NCBI GenBank assembly: GCA_951406725.2
Contig: OX597822.1
Span: 78,678,001-78,742,000, forward strand
Length of the DNA: 64,000 nt
Direction: 5' to 3'
Origin: Octopus vulgaris
Lineage: Eukaryota
The position numbers were made by a program, and so were the translations under genes. A model generated the notes under the pieces. It was given only the letters and a program-made list of their open reading frames with translations, did not search any database and was not told the origin of the DNA. Below, piece by piece: positions 12,789-24,300 of this stretch; positions within the stretch are counted from its first letter, which is position 1; every line of letters begins with the position of its first letter.

Positions 12789-14589
12789 TTGCTATATATA
12801 TATATATATCAACCATCATTTAACATCTGTTTTTCATGCTGGCATGGGTTGGATTGTTTGACCAGAGCTGGGGAGCTGCACCAGACTCCAATCTGATTTG
12901 GCATGGTTTCTACAGCTGGATGCCCTTTCTAATGCCAAACACTTCACAGTGTGTTCTGAGTGTTTTTGTGTAGCGTTGCACAGGCGCTTTCATGTAGAGC
13001 TACACAGGGGCTTTTTTACATGGCACAGGCCCAGGACTCTGCATATAATTTTGAGTTAGAAGCAGCTCCAATAATGTAAACATTATTATAATGTCATACT
13101 ATGGGAGTTATTTAAATGCCTTTGGGATGGTTTGGGTGCTCTTTAACTCTTTATGTCTTAAAGGATCATTCTGTGGATGAAATACTGCAGCCCAAAATAC
13201 ATTTAATCAAAACTCATACAATAAGTATGGGACATCAATTAAAGACTACCCAGCTTTCTGTGTAGCTATCTATTCAAACAGTTGTTTAAATTCTCTCATT
13301 ATTTAACTCTCTTCTCTATCCATCTGTCTGTCTGTGTGTCTAGCTATCTGTCTGTCTGTCTTCCTTCCATTCTACTTTCTTTCATTCATTTCCATTTCTC
13401 TGGCAATCCAGCTCTCTTTCATAATTCAATTTTAGTTCAATGTCAACAACACTGTTGACTGATTTAAGATGCTTTCGGAGACTTTTATTTTATTTTTTGA
13501 ATGGCAGAATCTAGAAGTCTGTATCTCCAGGGAGAGGCTAGTGTGAATGGCCAACGTGTAGGGGCTTACGATGCCTATGGCCTGCAAATTATGCATTGAT
13601 GCAGTTCTTGGACTATGCACTTCTAATTCTACACCTCTTCAGTTTACCTAATCAGGAATCTGTACCAGTAATATACTCAGGTCTTCTTTACAAGGAAATT
13701 AGTTTTTAAGTCACATTCATTTGCTAACATAGTCCAAAAACTCAATAGTTTAAAGAAGCCTGTACATGGTTGCTTGCTTGACCTGCTAGAAAACACAGTC
13801 AAATTTCCTTGAAATAACACTGCAGTGTTATGTGAAGATACATAGAACAATGAGGTTCTGGACATATTTTGTCAGGTTATACTGAGATGGGATGATCGTG
13901 GCTGGAATGCCTTTGATTATAGGTTTGATCAATCCAAATTGATACTGGACTAAAGAACAGTTAAAATGACTGTGGTTTATACATTATGCCACTAAAATGG
14001 CAAGCTGGCAGAATCATTATCAGGCCAGGCAAAATGTTTAGTGGCATTTTGTCTGTCTTTACATTCTGAGTTCAAATTCCACCAAGGTCAGCTTTGCCTT
14101 TCATGGAGGTGGGAGGCTGGTATGCATAGGTGACTGCTAGTCTTCCATAAACAACTTTGCCCGGACTTGTGCCTTGGAGGGGAACTTTCTAGATGCAATA
14201 CCATGGTCATTCATGACCGAATGGGGCCTTTACACTATTGATGAGTTGATGTGCTTAGCAGACCAATCTAATCTCTTTCCCAGATAAGTTGTTTGTCTAT
14301 TCCTCAAAGATATGCTACATATTCCAAGCCACCAGGTGAACCAGAGAGGGACGGGAGTGTAGCTGTAGAATCAAGTGTACTGCCCACATATATCCTATGA
14401 ACTTCTTGCTACTTGTTTGACCCCACAAGGCCACTCTCATCTCTCAGTGCAGTATGTCTTAACCATTTCACTATCTTTTTACATACAAACTTCTTACTTC
14501 ATCTTATAATTCTTTAATTTCATTTTTTTTTTCTCTCTCTCATTGTTTGTGTGCGTGTGTATGTTGATGTTGTCTCCCAATCTATGAAG

Positions 14590-14681
14590 ATCCCTAGTGT
14601 ATGCAGTGGCACACACTCCATGGAGAAGGCTACCCTCAATAGCCCTGATGACCACTGTTCAACATCAAGTTCAACTTTAAG
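14590..14681 (+). CDS. Candidate 92-nt cassette exon IPSVCSGTHSMEKATLNSPDDHCSTSSSTL(R)
   Basis: Pyrimidine-rich upstream sequence, tgaag| acceptor, open phase-0 frame compatible with the 6878 donor, and AAG|GTAGTA donor in phase 2. Confidence 0.45.
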
Positions 14682-14699
14682 GTAGTACTAACTGGAACA

Positions 14700-15570
14700 T
14701 TATCCCATTTATCTCTCTCTTTCTCTCTCTCTAACACATTGGCTCAGTTTCCACTCTACATATCTTTTCACTTCTTTCTCTTCTTTTTCAATTTACCCTG
14801 TTTTTTAAAAAAAATTTTTTGGGACATTGTCTTTTTATTCCTTGCACTTCTGGCTCTCTTCTTTCCTCCTTTTCTAACTTTCTTCCCCCTCCTCTTTCCC
14901 ATCCTTCATCTCTCTCTTTCTCATCCTTTGTCTCTTCTCCCTTTCCCTCTTTAGCCTCCCCCTTTCCCTCTTTAGTCTCCTCCCCTCTTTCCATCTTTTG
15001 TCTCTTCCTCCTTTCCCCTCTTTCTTCCCTCTCCTCCCCTTTCCATCTTTGGTCTCCTCCCCTTTTCCATCTTTAGTCTCCTCTTTTTCTCTCTTTGTTC
15101 TCCTTTTCCATCTTTGCTCTCCTTCTCCTCTTTTTCCATCTTTGGTCTCCTCTTCCTTTTCCATCCATCGTCTTTTGCCCCTTTCTGGCTTTCATCTCCT
15201 TTCCTTTTCTGTATTAAGTCACACCCACTTCTTTTCCTTGTTACTACTTCCCCTATTCCATTCTGCTTGTCTCTGCCTCTGTTAGCAACCACTCTCATTT
15301 CTTTACATCTCTATCTTTCCCTCCTTCCCCTCTATCTCACACACTTTCCATCTCTATCTTTCCCTCCTCATCTCCTTCCACTTTTTCATTCTTTTACTCC
15401 TCTTCATTCTCTTCTCTTACCCTCTCATTCACTCCCTCTCTCTCCCATGCACTCTTTCTTTCTCTCGCATTTCACGTCATCCTCCTATTCTCTCTACTTG
15501 CCCACTCCCTCTTTCCATCCATCCCTTTCTGTCCCTCCACTAACCCCTCTTTCTCTGTTTTCTGGAATGT
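14700..15570 (+). repeat. Long CT-rich low-complexity tract with ~25-35-bp subunits (ccatctttggtctcctcccctt...)
   Basis: Extreme pyrimidine bias on the + strand. Confidence 0.9.
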
Positions 15571-16059
15571 AGCATGTCTAACCAATCTGAGACTGATGTC
15601 TGGCTGTTGACAGGGATTCTATTAACCTCAAACTAACTCATCTCTCTCATCTTTTCTCCATCTTTGCAACTTGGTCTGGCATGATTCTCTTTCGCCAAAA
15701 TCCTGTTCAGGAAATTCTTGGTTTCTACACCTTTTCTGGAATGTCTAACTCTCTGTGGAATCAGTTAAATAATACCATTGGCACCGTCACCGTTATTATT
15801 ATCCTAATCACCTTCACAATTATTTAATGTCTTTATCATCCACTGTTTGTAGACATCTTCATCATTATCATCCAGTTCGTTATCCTTTATGATAATTATT
15901 GTTACAATATCCATAATTCTTTGTATACTCTTATGGGTTGGCTATGTCTACAAATACAGCATATTACTGTTCTTCTGAATTGTTTGGACCTTAATAGAGG
16001 GGCCCAGTTTCCTCTTTTATGCCCTCGACTCTTCTTCTCATAAACTTCTTTCACATGGT

Positions 16060-16700
16060 GCCCTCATCATTATCAGCACCCCTTCATTATCTTTATCATC
16101 ACATACCTTTAGCATTATGTAGCACCTTCTTTATCATGATCACCATCAGCATCTCCCATTATTGGTGTTGATATCTATCACCGCTACAACCACCACCACT
16201 CATCAGTACCTTATTGTCAGCATCATTGATGTTTCCACCATTACCATCGCCACCACCCTCATCATTGTCATGTAAGCCTCATCATCATCACCATCATCGC
16301 TGCCACTGCCCTCATTGCCATCATCTCCACCATCATCTTTGATATCTCCACCATCATCATTGTCATCTCACCACCTTCATATTTAATGTCCCCATCTTCA
16401 CCATTATCACTGCCACCACCCTCGTTGCCATCATCTCCACCATCATCACCATTATCACTGCCACCGCCCTCGTTGCCATCATCTTTGATATCTTCACCAC
16501 CACCATCATAGATGCCATCTTCACAATCATAGTTGTCTGCATCATCATCATCTCCACTCACTCTTGTTGTCTCTACCATTGCACCACCTTCACCACAATT
16601 ATCATCACTCTCATCATCATCATTCATCACTAACTGCTACAAATAGTAGTAGTAGCAGCAGTTGTAATAGTTACTAATTACTACTAGTAGCAGTAGTTAC
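16060..16700. repeat. Degenerate (CAT/CAC)n then (AGT)n trinucleotide region
   Basis: Direct inspection. Confidence 0.85.
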
Positions 16701-17142
16701 TAAACCAATCAGTTACCTGGTTTCTGTTGCATGTTTAATTAATTATTTTTCATTGATGAACAGTTCTTTCGGTTTCGCTCCCAGAACCAGAGTAATTCTA
16801 TCTGTGGTGGTGGTGGTGGTGGTGGTGGTCATTGTGGGTTGGTGACATATTGTAACTATCACAAATGGTGTGGAAATCTATATGAGATTAGTTCTGATTT
16901 CTCTCTTACAAGAATTAAGGAAATACACTTGTGATGTATTCATTATTCACTCTAAATTACAATGATCCAAAGTTTGTATCTAAGCTTTTATGTAATCATT
17001 ATGATCATCAGTGTTGTTGTTGTTGTTGTTGTTGTTGTTGCTGTACCATTGTATAATTCTAATTTATATTATTTTATTATTATGGATATGTACTTGCATA
17101 GCAAGTGACCTGATCTAAGATGGTGTGCTGAAACAAAAACAA

Positions 17143-17327
17143 TTGCAGCATGGAACATGTTTATAAGCCATTTAAGAAACACACAAAAACCGTTAGATTC
17201 ACTTCAACGTTTAACTTTAATTTGTCAAAATATTTTCATTGCTTTGAAACTGTGACCTCTTCACTGACAAAATTCTGTGCTGCATCTGAGAAAGCAACAG
17301 TTAGTTCATGATATATATATGTATGTA

Positions 17328-17391
<64 letters not shown>

Positions 17392-17953
17392 GTATGTATG
17401 TATGTACATACGTACGTGTGTATGTATGTACATACGTACGTGTGTATGTATGTACATACGTACGTGTGTATGTATGTACATACGTACGTGTGTATGTATG
17501 TACATACGTACGTGTGTATGTATGTACATACGTACGTGTATGTGTGTATGTATGTCTACATGTATGTACGTATGCATGTGTGTACATGTATGTACGTATG
17601 CATGTATGTGTGTGTGTATGTGTGCATATGTATGTGCATACGTACGTGTGCATATATGTATGTGTGCATGTATGTATGTGTGTACATGTATGTGTACATG
17701 TATGTACGTACGCATGTGTGTGCATGTATGTGTGCATATGTATGTACATACGTACGTGTGCCTATATGTATGTGTGTATGTATGTGAACATATGTTATGT
17801 ACTGATATGTGTGTCTCAGACGGAATTTTATCAGTGAACAGGTCGCGGTTTCAAAGTAACGAAAATATTTTGACAAATTAAATTTAAATGTTGAAATCAG
17901 TCTAACGGTTTTTGTGTTTTTAAATGGCTTATAAAAACCTTCCATGCTGCAAT
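17143..17953. mobile_element. Inverted ~145-bp arms (17143-17290 / 17814-17953) enclosing (TA)n and a 24-bp minisatellite (tgtgtatgtatgtacatacgtacg x~6)
   Basis: ttgcagcatggaa...aaaaaccgttaga...tttgtcaaaatattttc...ctgaga is the reverse complement of tctcag...gaaaatattttgacaaa...tctaacggttttt...ttccatgctgcaa. Confidence 0.85.
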
Positions 17954-19342
17954 AGTATTTTATCATTATTATTCTAAAAAATAAAAAAATTATATACAAA
18001 ACTAAAAACAAAAAGAAATTTAAACTTTTACTCCTGTTTCCAAATTGGCAGACACTTCTACCTTATAGGTATTAACCACTCAGTAAAGCCAAGTCAGGCA
18101 GAGTTATATACCCTTACTTGCTCATCACTGCTATTTGCATGAGGAAAAATCTCACTGGACTTGCTACAAATAACTGATAAAATTTCTTCAGATTTCATCC
18201 TGTTATATTTAAAACAGAAAGGAACGTATTTGATAATGTGACTTTGATGGCTGTAGAAAGGTAGGATGATCATGGCTTGAATGTCTCTAATTTACCTAAG
18301 AAGTTCCCTGCGCATGCAACCTTGTGGTTTTAGGATTTTGTGTGGCATACAGCTGTTTGGTAAGTATCTGCTGTCATAATAACCTTAGGTTGGTCAGTGA
18401 CTCGTGTGCTACTGCTAGCATATTGCCCAGTATAACCTGTTGTATAGTCAGACCATAGGTAACTGAACTGGTAACACTACCAACCCTGCTGGGTGAGAAG
18501 GATGGATTTTGGACATCCTTCTGGAGTGGCCTGTTCTAAACCTGTCATCAAAAATGTTGATTGTTCACAAAATGCCACAAAAATTTATTTAATCAGAGTT
18601 GACCTGGACTTCAAGAACACTGTAGCCAAATAGCTTACGAAGAAGTCATTATGCTGTCTCTCCACTTACTAGAAATAACAACCAAATCCCCCTCAGAACA
18701 CACTATTTTTAATTAAGGAAGGACACATTCACAAATATAGTCTGAGATTATATTCCATATTTGCATACATAAAACCGAAATGGTTTTAGTTAGAATGTCT
18801 TTGCTCCTAAGCTATTCTTCATTAGAACTGATTTGGAGCTAAAAGCATGTGTGTACCCCCCACCACACACACACACACACATATATGGGTAGTAGCAAAA
18901 CAAGTGCACAGCAATTTGTCATCTTAAGAGTAATCATATGAAAGTAATTCAAAAGTGAAAACGAAATTATACCAACTTCAATATTTGTTTCCAAATGCTT
19001 TTGTAATATTAAGACAGAATTTACCCCATTGTGTACAATGCCTGTTAACCCAGCATGCATTTCTTCACAGCATACACACACACACACACATAGTGGAAAC
19101 CACTTCCTATGATAATCAATGGTAATGTTATCAGCCAGTTGTTATCAACATTAGTGGATCCCAAATATGCTCAGATTATGTTTTACAAACTCTAATTAAT
19201 ATTATCAAATGGATATTGTTATCTAAAAGTGCCTATTCCAAACCAGTCACAATAAACAATTTCTACTGTGTATGTGTATACAGTGTATATATAAATATAG
19301 ACACACACACACTGCAGTATACACACATCACACACATACTGC

Positions 19343-19378
<36 letters not shown>

Positions 19379-19577
19379 ATATGTGTGTGTGTTCATTATT
19401 TGTAAGTTAAAAAGCCAACCAATGGTTTCATTTGAAGAGATCTTCACAATTGTATGCCTGCTTTGTTAATCCACAAAATAAAGACTATTTATCCATGAAT
19501 GCGGTGTTAACCACTAATACTCACCATTTGATATTTGAGTATGTATATATATATATATACACACACACACATACATA

Positions 19578-19765
19578 CTGGGTTGGCCAAAAGTCACCTG
19601 ACAGTAATTCAAAAGTGCTTAATTCCAAGATTAAAACAAAAAAATTATCTTATATGAGACTTTGCTAATAAATAAACAAATGTTGAAAAAAATGAATAAA
19701 TAAACTTGAATATTAAATTTTTCTGGAATTTTGAGTTACTGTCGGGTGACTTTTGGCCAACCCTG
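19578..19765. mobile_element. Tc1/mariner-type MITE
   Basis: ~37-bp TIRs c(t/a)gggttggccaaaagtcacc(t/c)gacagtaa(t/c)tcaaaa, flanked by TA on both sides. Confidence 0.85.
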
Positions 19766-20260
19766 TATACACACATACACGCATGCATGCATGCACAGAT
19801 ACAGGTGCGTATGTGAAGCAGATGTGCTATGACAAATGTAGATGAATGAATATCTCTTAACATTTCCATGTATAGAGAATGCAACACTGACTTGACCAGG
19901 TTTCAGGCCCAGCTAGGGTCTTCCTCAAAAGCCACACTCTCTGATTTCTCATATACTTTGTGATGCATTTCAAGTTATCCAAATTTATAATTAAAATTAA
20001 TCAATTCGTTAATTATATATTTATGATTTGGCTCATTTGTTTGTTTCAATTTTATTTAATTTTGTGCCTTAACTGTTTCCTTTGCTTGCTTGTTTGATTG
20101 TTTGTTCTTTAACTCTTCTGTAATTTTTTCATTTTAATGTATATTTAGTCTTTTAGCAATTCCTTCGTTTTCTTCCCAAATTTTTTATTTTAAATTAGAT
20201 AATTTAGTTAATTAATCTATTATTTAAACTTAAATACCAGAAAAAAAATTGTGTTTTAAG

Positions 20261-20269
20261 TCATTACAG
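20261..20269 (+). other. Candidate 9-nt microexon (TCA TTA CAG = SLQ) or AG|GT recursive splice point
   Basis: ttttaag|tcattacag|gtaaga preceded by ~250 nt of T-rich sequence. Confidence 0.3.
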
Positions 20270-20323
20270 GTAAGATTATGCCGGTTCACTGCTTGTCTGT
20301 TTGTGTTTCCATATGTGGGTTAG

Positions 20324-20368
<45 letters not shown>

Positions 20369-21112
20369 AAGTACACAGTATTTTAGAGTGATTGCAACTG
20401 ATGTTACCAATCAGTTTCTCACAGGATATTAGATAACCAGGCACTCGTCTAAAAATAGTGCTTGTCAGAGTTGGCCAGCATAGAAAGAAATGACAACTAC
20501 TTTCTGTCATTAGAGGTGAGGAAGTGACACATCCAGTTTGTGTCTGCAATATATACGTGTGTGTGTGAATAAACTGATTGCACTTAAACTGATTTGAAAA
20601 TTCTTTGCAGAGGTTGTTTAACCTTTTGATACCTATCTGTCCAAGACTGCTCCTAGCTGTATGATAAAAAAATTCCTGTTTTAAAATCATCTAAATGAAA
20701 TCTTCCATCAAAATTCCAAAGTTAAGCAAAATAAATTCTACTAAATTCTAATTGAATTCTTCAATATTTCCAAAAGCTAACTGAAATTAACAAAGAGGTT
20801 TATAAGACCAAAATGTATCTATTACTTCCACTTGTTAGCTTTAACCCTTTACCTTATAACGTGGCTGTAACTGTCCCAAATATTCTGTTTCATGTTCAAA
20901 CCAGCCAGATCCGACCTTTCACAACTACCCTACAATGTCATTCTAAAAATATACAAGCACATTATTGAAATTTCAAAGTTACAAGATTAATTCAAAGCAA
21001 TATGAATTACTTTTCACAGAATAATCTGAATGCTAAAGAGTTAAGCGCCTGACCATCTCCAGTCTTCATTGTCAGCATTTTCCAAAAATATCGACCCATT
21101 AATCAAAGTTCT

Positions 21113-21179
21113 ATATGGCATAGTGGTTGAGAGCACGGGCTACTAACCCTAAGATTCCGAGTTCTATTCCAGACAGTGA

Positions 21180-21227
<48 letters not shown>

Positions 21228-21347
21228 CGTAGGAATGAGAACCCAGGTTCAAAATTTCCCTAAGACACCTGATGAAGGCTGGCAGAAACGTGTTAGCAAC
21301 AAACAAGATGAGGACGAATATCCGTCAAATGTAAATAATGTAAATAA
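21113..21347 (+). mobile_element. tRNA-headed SINE with internal (TAA)n and hammerhead-core-like motifs
   Basis: tggcatagtggttgagagc...gagttctattcc head; ctgatga...gaaac at 21269-21289. Confidence 0.65.
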
Positions 21348-21361
21348 CGTACCATTAATTA

Positions 21362-24300
21362 ATCATCATCATCATCATCATCATCATCATTTAGCGTCCG
21401 TTTTCCATGCTAGCATGGGTTGGACGGTTCTGCTGGGGTCTGTGAAGCCAGAAGGCTTCATCAGGCCCAGTCAAATCTGGCAGTGTTTCTACGGCTGGAT
21501 GCCCTTCCTAACGCCAACCACTCCGTGAGTGTAGTGGGTGCTTTTTACGTGCCACCCGCACTGGTGCCAGCCAGAGCTGGCAAACGGCCACGAACGGATG
21601 GTGTTTTTTATGTGCCACCGGCACGAGGGCCAGGCGAGGCTGGCAACGAACACGAAACGGGGCGGTGCTGGCAACGGTCGCGAAACGGAAGGTTCTCTTA
21701 CATGCCACCGGCACTGGTAACACATCTGCAATTTCCATTGATCGATTTCCATTGATCGATTTCGATTCTGATCCTCACTTGCCTCAATGGGTCTTCACAA
21801 GCAGAGTTTCGACATGCCACCGGCACTGGTAGCACATCCGCAATTTCCATTGATCGATTTCGATTCTGATCCTCACTTGCCTCAACACGTCTTCACAAGT
21901 AGAGTTTTGTGTCCCAAGAAGGGAAGGTATGCATACGTAGGCTGGCTCCATCCCATGTAGAAGGCCACGGGTTGTGGACTCACTTGTCCTGCCGGGTCTT
22001 CTCGCGCACAGCACACTTCCAGAGGTCTCGGTCTCTAGTCATTTCCTCGGTGAGACCTAAAGTTCGAAGGTCGTGCTTCACCACCTCGTCCCAGGTTTTC
22101 CTGGGTCTGCCTCTTCCACAGGTTCCCTCAACCGCTAGGGTGTGGCACTTTTTCACACAACTATCTTCATCCATTCTCGCCACATGACCATACCAGCGCA
22201 AACGTCTCTCTTGCACACCACAACTGATGCTTCTTAGGTCCAGCTTTTCTCTCAAGGTACTTACACTCTGCCGAGTGTGAGTACTGGCATTACACATCCA
22301 TCGGAGCATACTGGCTTCATTTCTAGCGAGCTTACGCATATCCTCAGCAGTCACGGCCCATGTTTCACTGCCATGTAGCATGGCTGTTCGTACACACGCA
22401 TCATACAGTCTGCCTTTCACTCTGTGCGAGAGGCCTTTTGTCACCAGCAGAGGTAAGAGCTCTCTGAACTTTGCCCAAGCTATTCTTACTCTAGCAGTTA
22501 CACTTTCAGCACACCCGCCCCCGCTGCTGACTTGGTCACCTAGGTAACGGAAACTATCAACTATTTCTAGTTTTTCTCCCTGGAAAGTGACAGAAGTTGG
22601 TCTCAGAGCATTTTCAGTGTTTATTGTTCCTGAGCATCTGCCACATACAAAAACCATCTTCCTAGTTAGCCTTCCTTTGACATTGCTGCATCTCTTATGT
22701 GTCCATAGCTTACACTTGGTGCATCTTATAGAGTTTCTACCTACACCTTTTCTACAGATCGAGCAGGGCCATCTACCTGAAGGTGTTTGTGATTTGTCTA
22801 CCTTCCTACTGATTACGACTTTGGTTTTAGCTAGATTGACTCTGAGGCCCTTTCGATTCTAATCCTTGTTTCCACACCTGAAACTTCTCCTCCAGTTCTG
22901 ATAGCGACTCAGCAATTAGAGCAAGGTCATCAGCATAGAGGAGCTCCCAAGGGCATCCTGTCTTGAATTCCTCCGTTATTGCCTGGAGGACTATGATAAA
23001 TAGGAGGGGCTGAGTACTGAGCCTTGGTGGACCCCTACCTCTACCCGGAATTCTTCACTGTACTCATTTCCAACCCTCACCCTACTAGCGGCGTCCCTAT
23101 ACATGGCCCGCACAGCTCTCACTAACCATTCATCTATCCCTAGTTTTCTCATTGCCCACCAGATAAGGGATCGGGGGACCCTGTCGAAGGCTTTCTCCAT
23201 GTCAACAAAAGCCAGGTACAGGGGCTTATCTTTGGCTAGGTATTTCTCCTGCAGCTGCCTTACCAGGAATATAGCATCAGTAGTACTTTTCCCTGGCACA
23301 AACCCAAACTGCATCTCATCTAAACTAACTCTCTCTCTAATTAGTTGGGCTATGACCCTCTCCGTAACCTTCATCACCTGGTCCAACAGCTTGATACCTC
23401 TGTAGTTGTTTGTATCTAGGGCATCACCTTTACCTTTGTAGCAGTTGACTATTATACTGCTACACCAGTCATTGGGTATGACCCCTTTGTGTATCACCTG
23501 ATTAACTATATGGGTGACTAGGCTATAGCCGACACTACCAGACATTTTGAGCATCTCTGCAGTGATTCCTGATGGGCCTGGGGCTTTCCCTGTCTTCATG
23601 CTTCTAATTGCCTTAGCTACCACAGAACTATCAACTCGGATAGCTGGTCCCTCTGTTGGGTCAACATTCGGCAGACTCTCTTTATCCCATTCATTTTCTT
23701 CATTCAGCAACCTTTCATAGTGGCATCTCCAAACCTCTCTCTTTGCATCCTCATTTAGCGCAAGTGAACCATCTTCCATGCGAACACACTTCTCTCCTAC
23801 CACATCACGATTCTCTCTCACACACTGTCTTGCAACACGAAACACCTCCAGTCTTTGGTCCTCACGGCGCAGAACATTGGCAAATTTTTTCTTATCTGCT
23901 TCCCCTCTGGCTAAATAAACCTGTCTCCTAGCTTCTCTTTTGGCAGTCTGATACAATTCCCTGCTACCCCCATTTTTCCAGACCTTCCAAGCCTGTCTCT
24001 TTTCTCTAATAGCCCTGTCTACAATATTGTTCCACCACCACGTTATTCTAGGTCGAGAGGGGACTTTGCACCAGCCACAGATCTGGTCAGTGGCTCTCAG
24101 CAGGTTGTCCCTTAGAAACGTCCAGCTGTCTTCTACCCCCTGTGATGCTCTATCCCCTTCTACTTCGTCAGAGGCTTCAAGTAATATGTCCCTAAATCTC
24201 TGTCCATTTGCAGGATCTTTAAGCTTCCAGATCCTTCTTCTCCATATTTGTCGTCTTCTGGTTGTCCTCCTAGTCCTGATCCTAAAGTCACTAACTACCA

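Noticed and set aside
14739-15572. Several ORFs rich in S/F/L/P or K/E/G/R
   Set aside because: By-products of the CT-rich low-complexity tract.
16268-16630. Acidic D/G-rich 120-aa minus-strand ORF
   Set aside because: Derived from a degenerate (CAT/CAC)n microsatellite; no splice or family support.
10555-16932. Additional possible alternative last exons (LAVAVT* at ~10565, FNVNNTVD* at ~13436, FFRFRSQ...IHL* at ~16764)
   Set aside because: Only acceptor-like signals next to microsatellites; such short frames are expected by chance and cannot be supported without RNA data.
17236-18011. Long YIHT/VCMY ORFs (also ~3419-3794, 30279-30669, 60979-61535)
   Set aside because: Translations of dinucleotide and tetranucleotide microsatellites.
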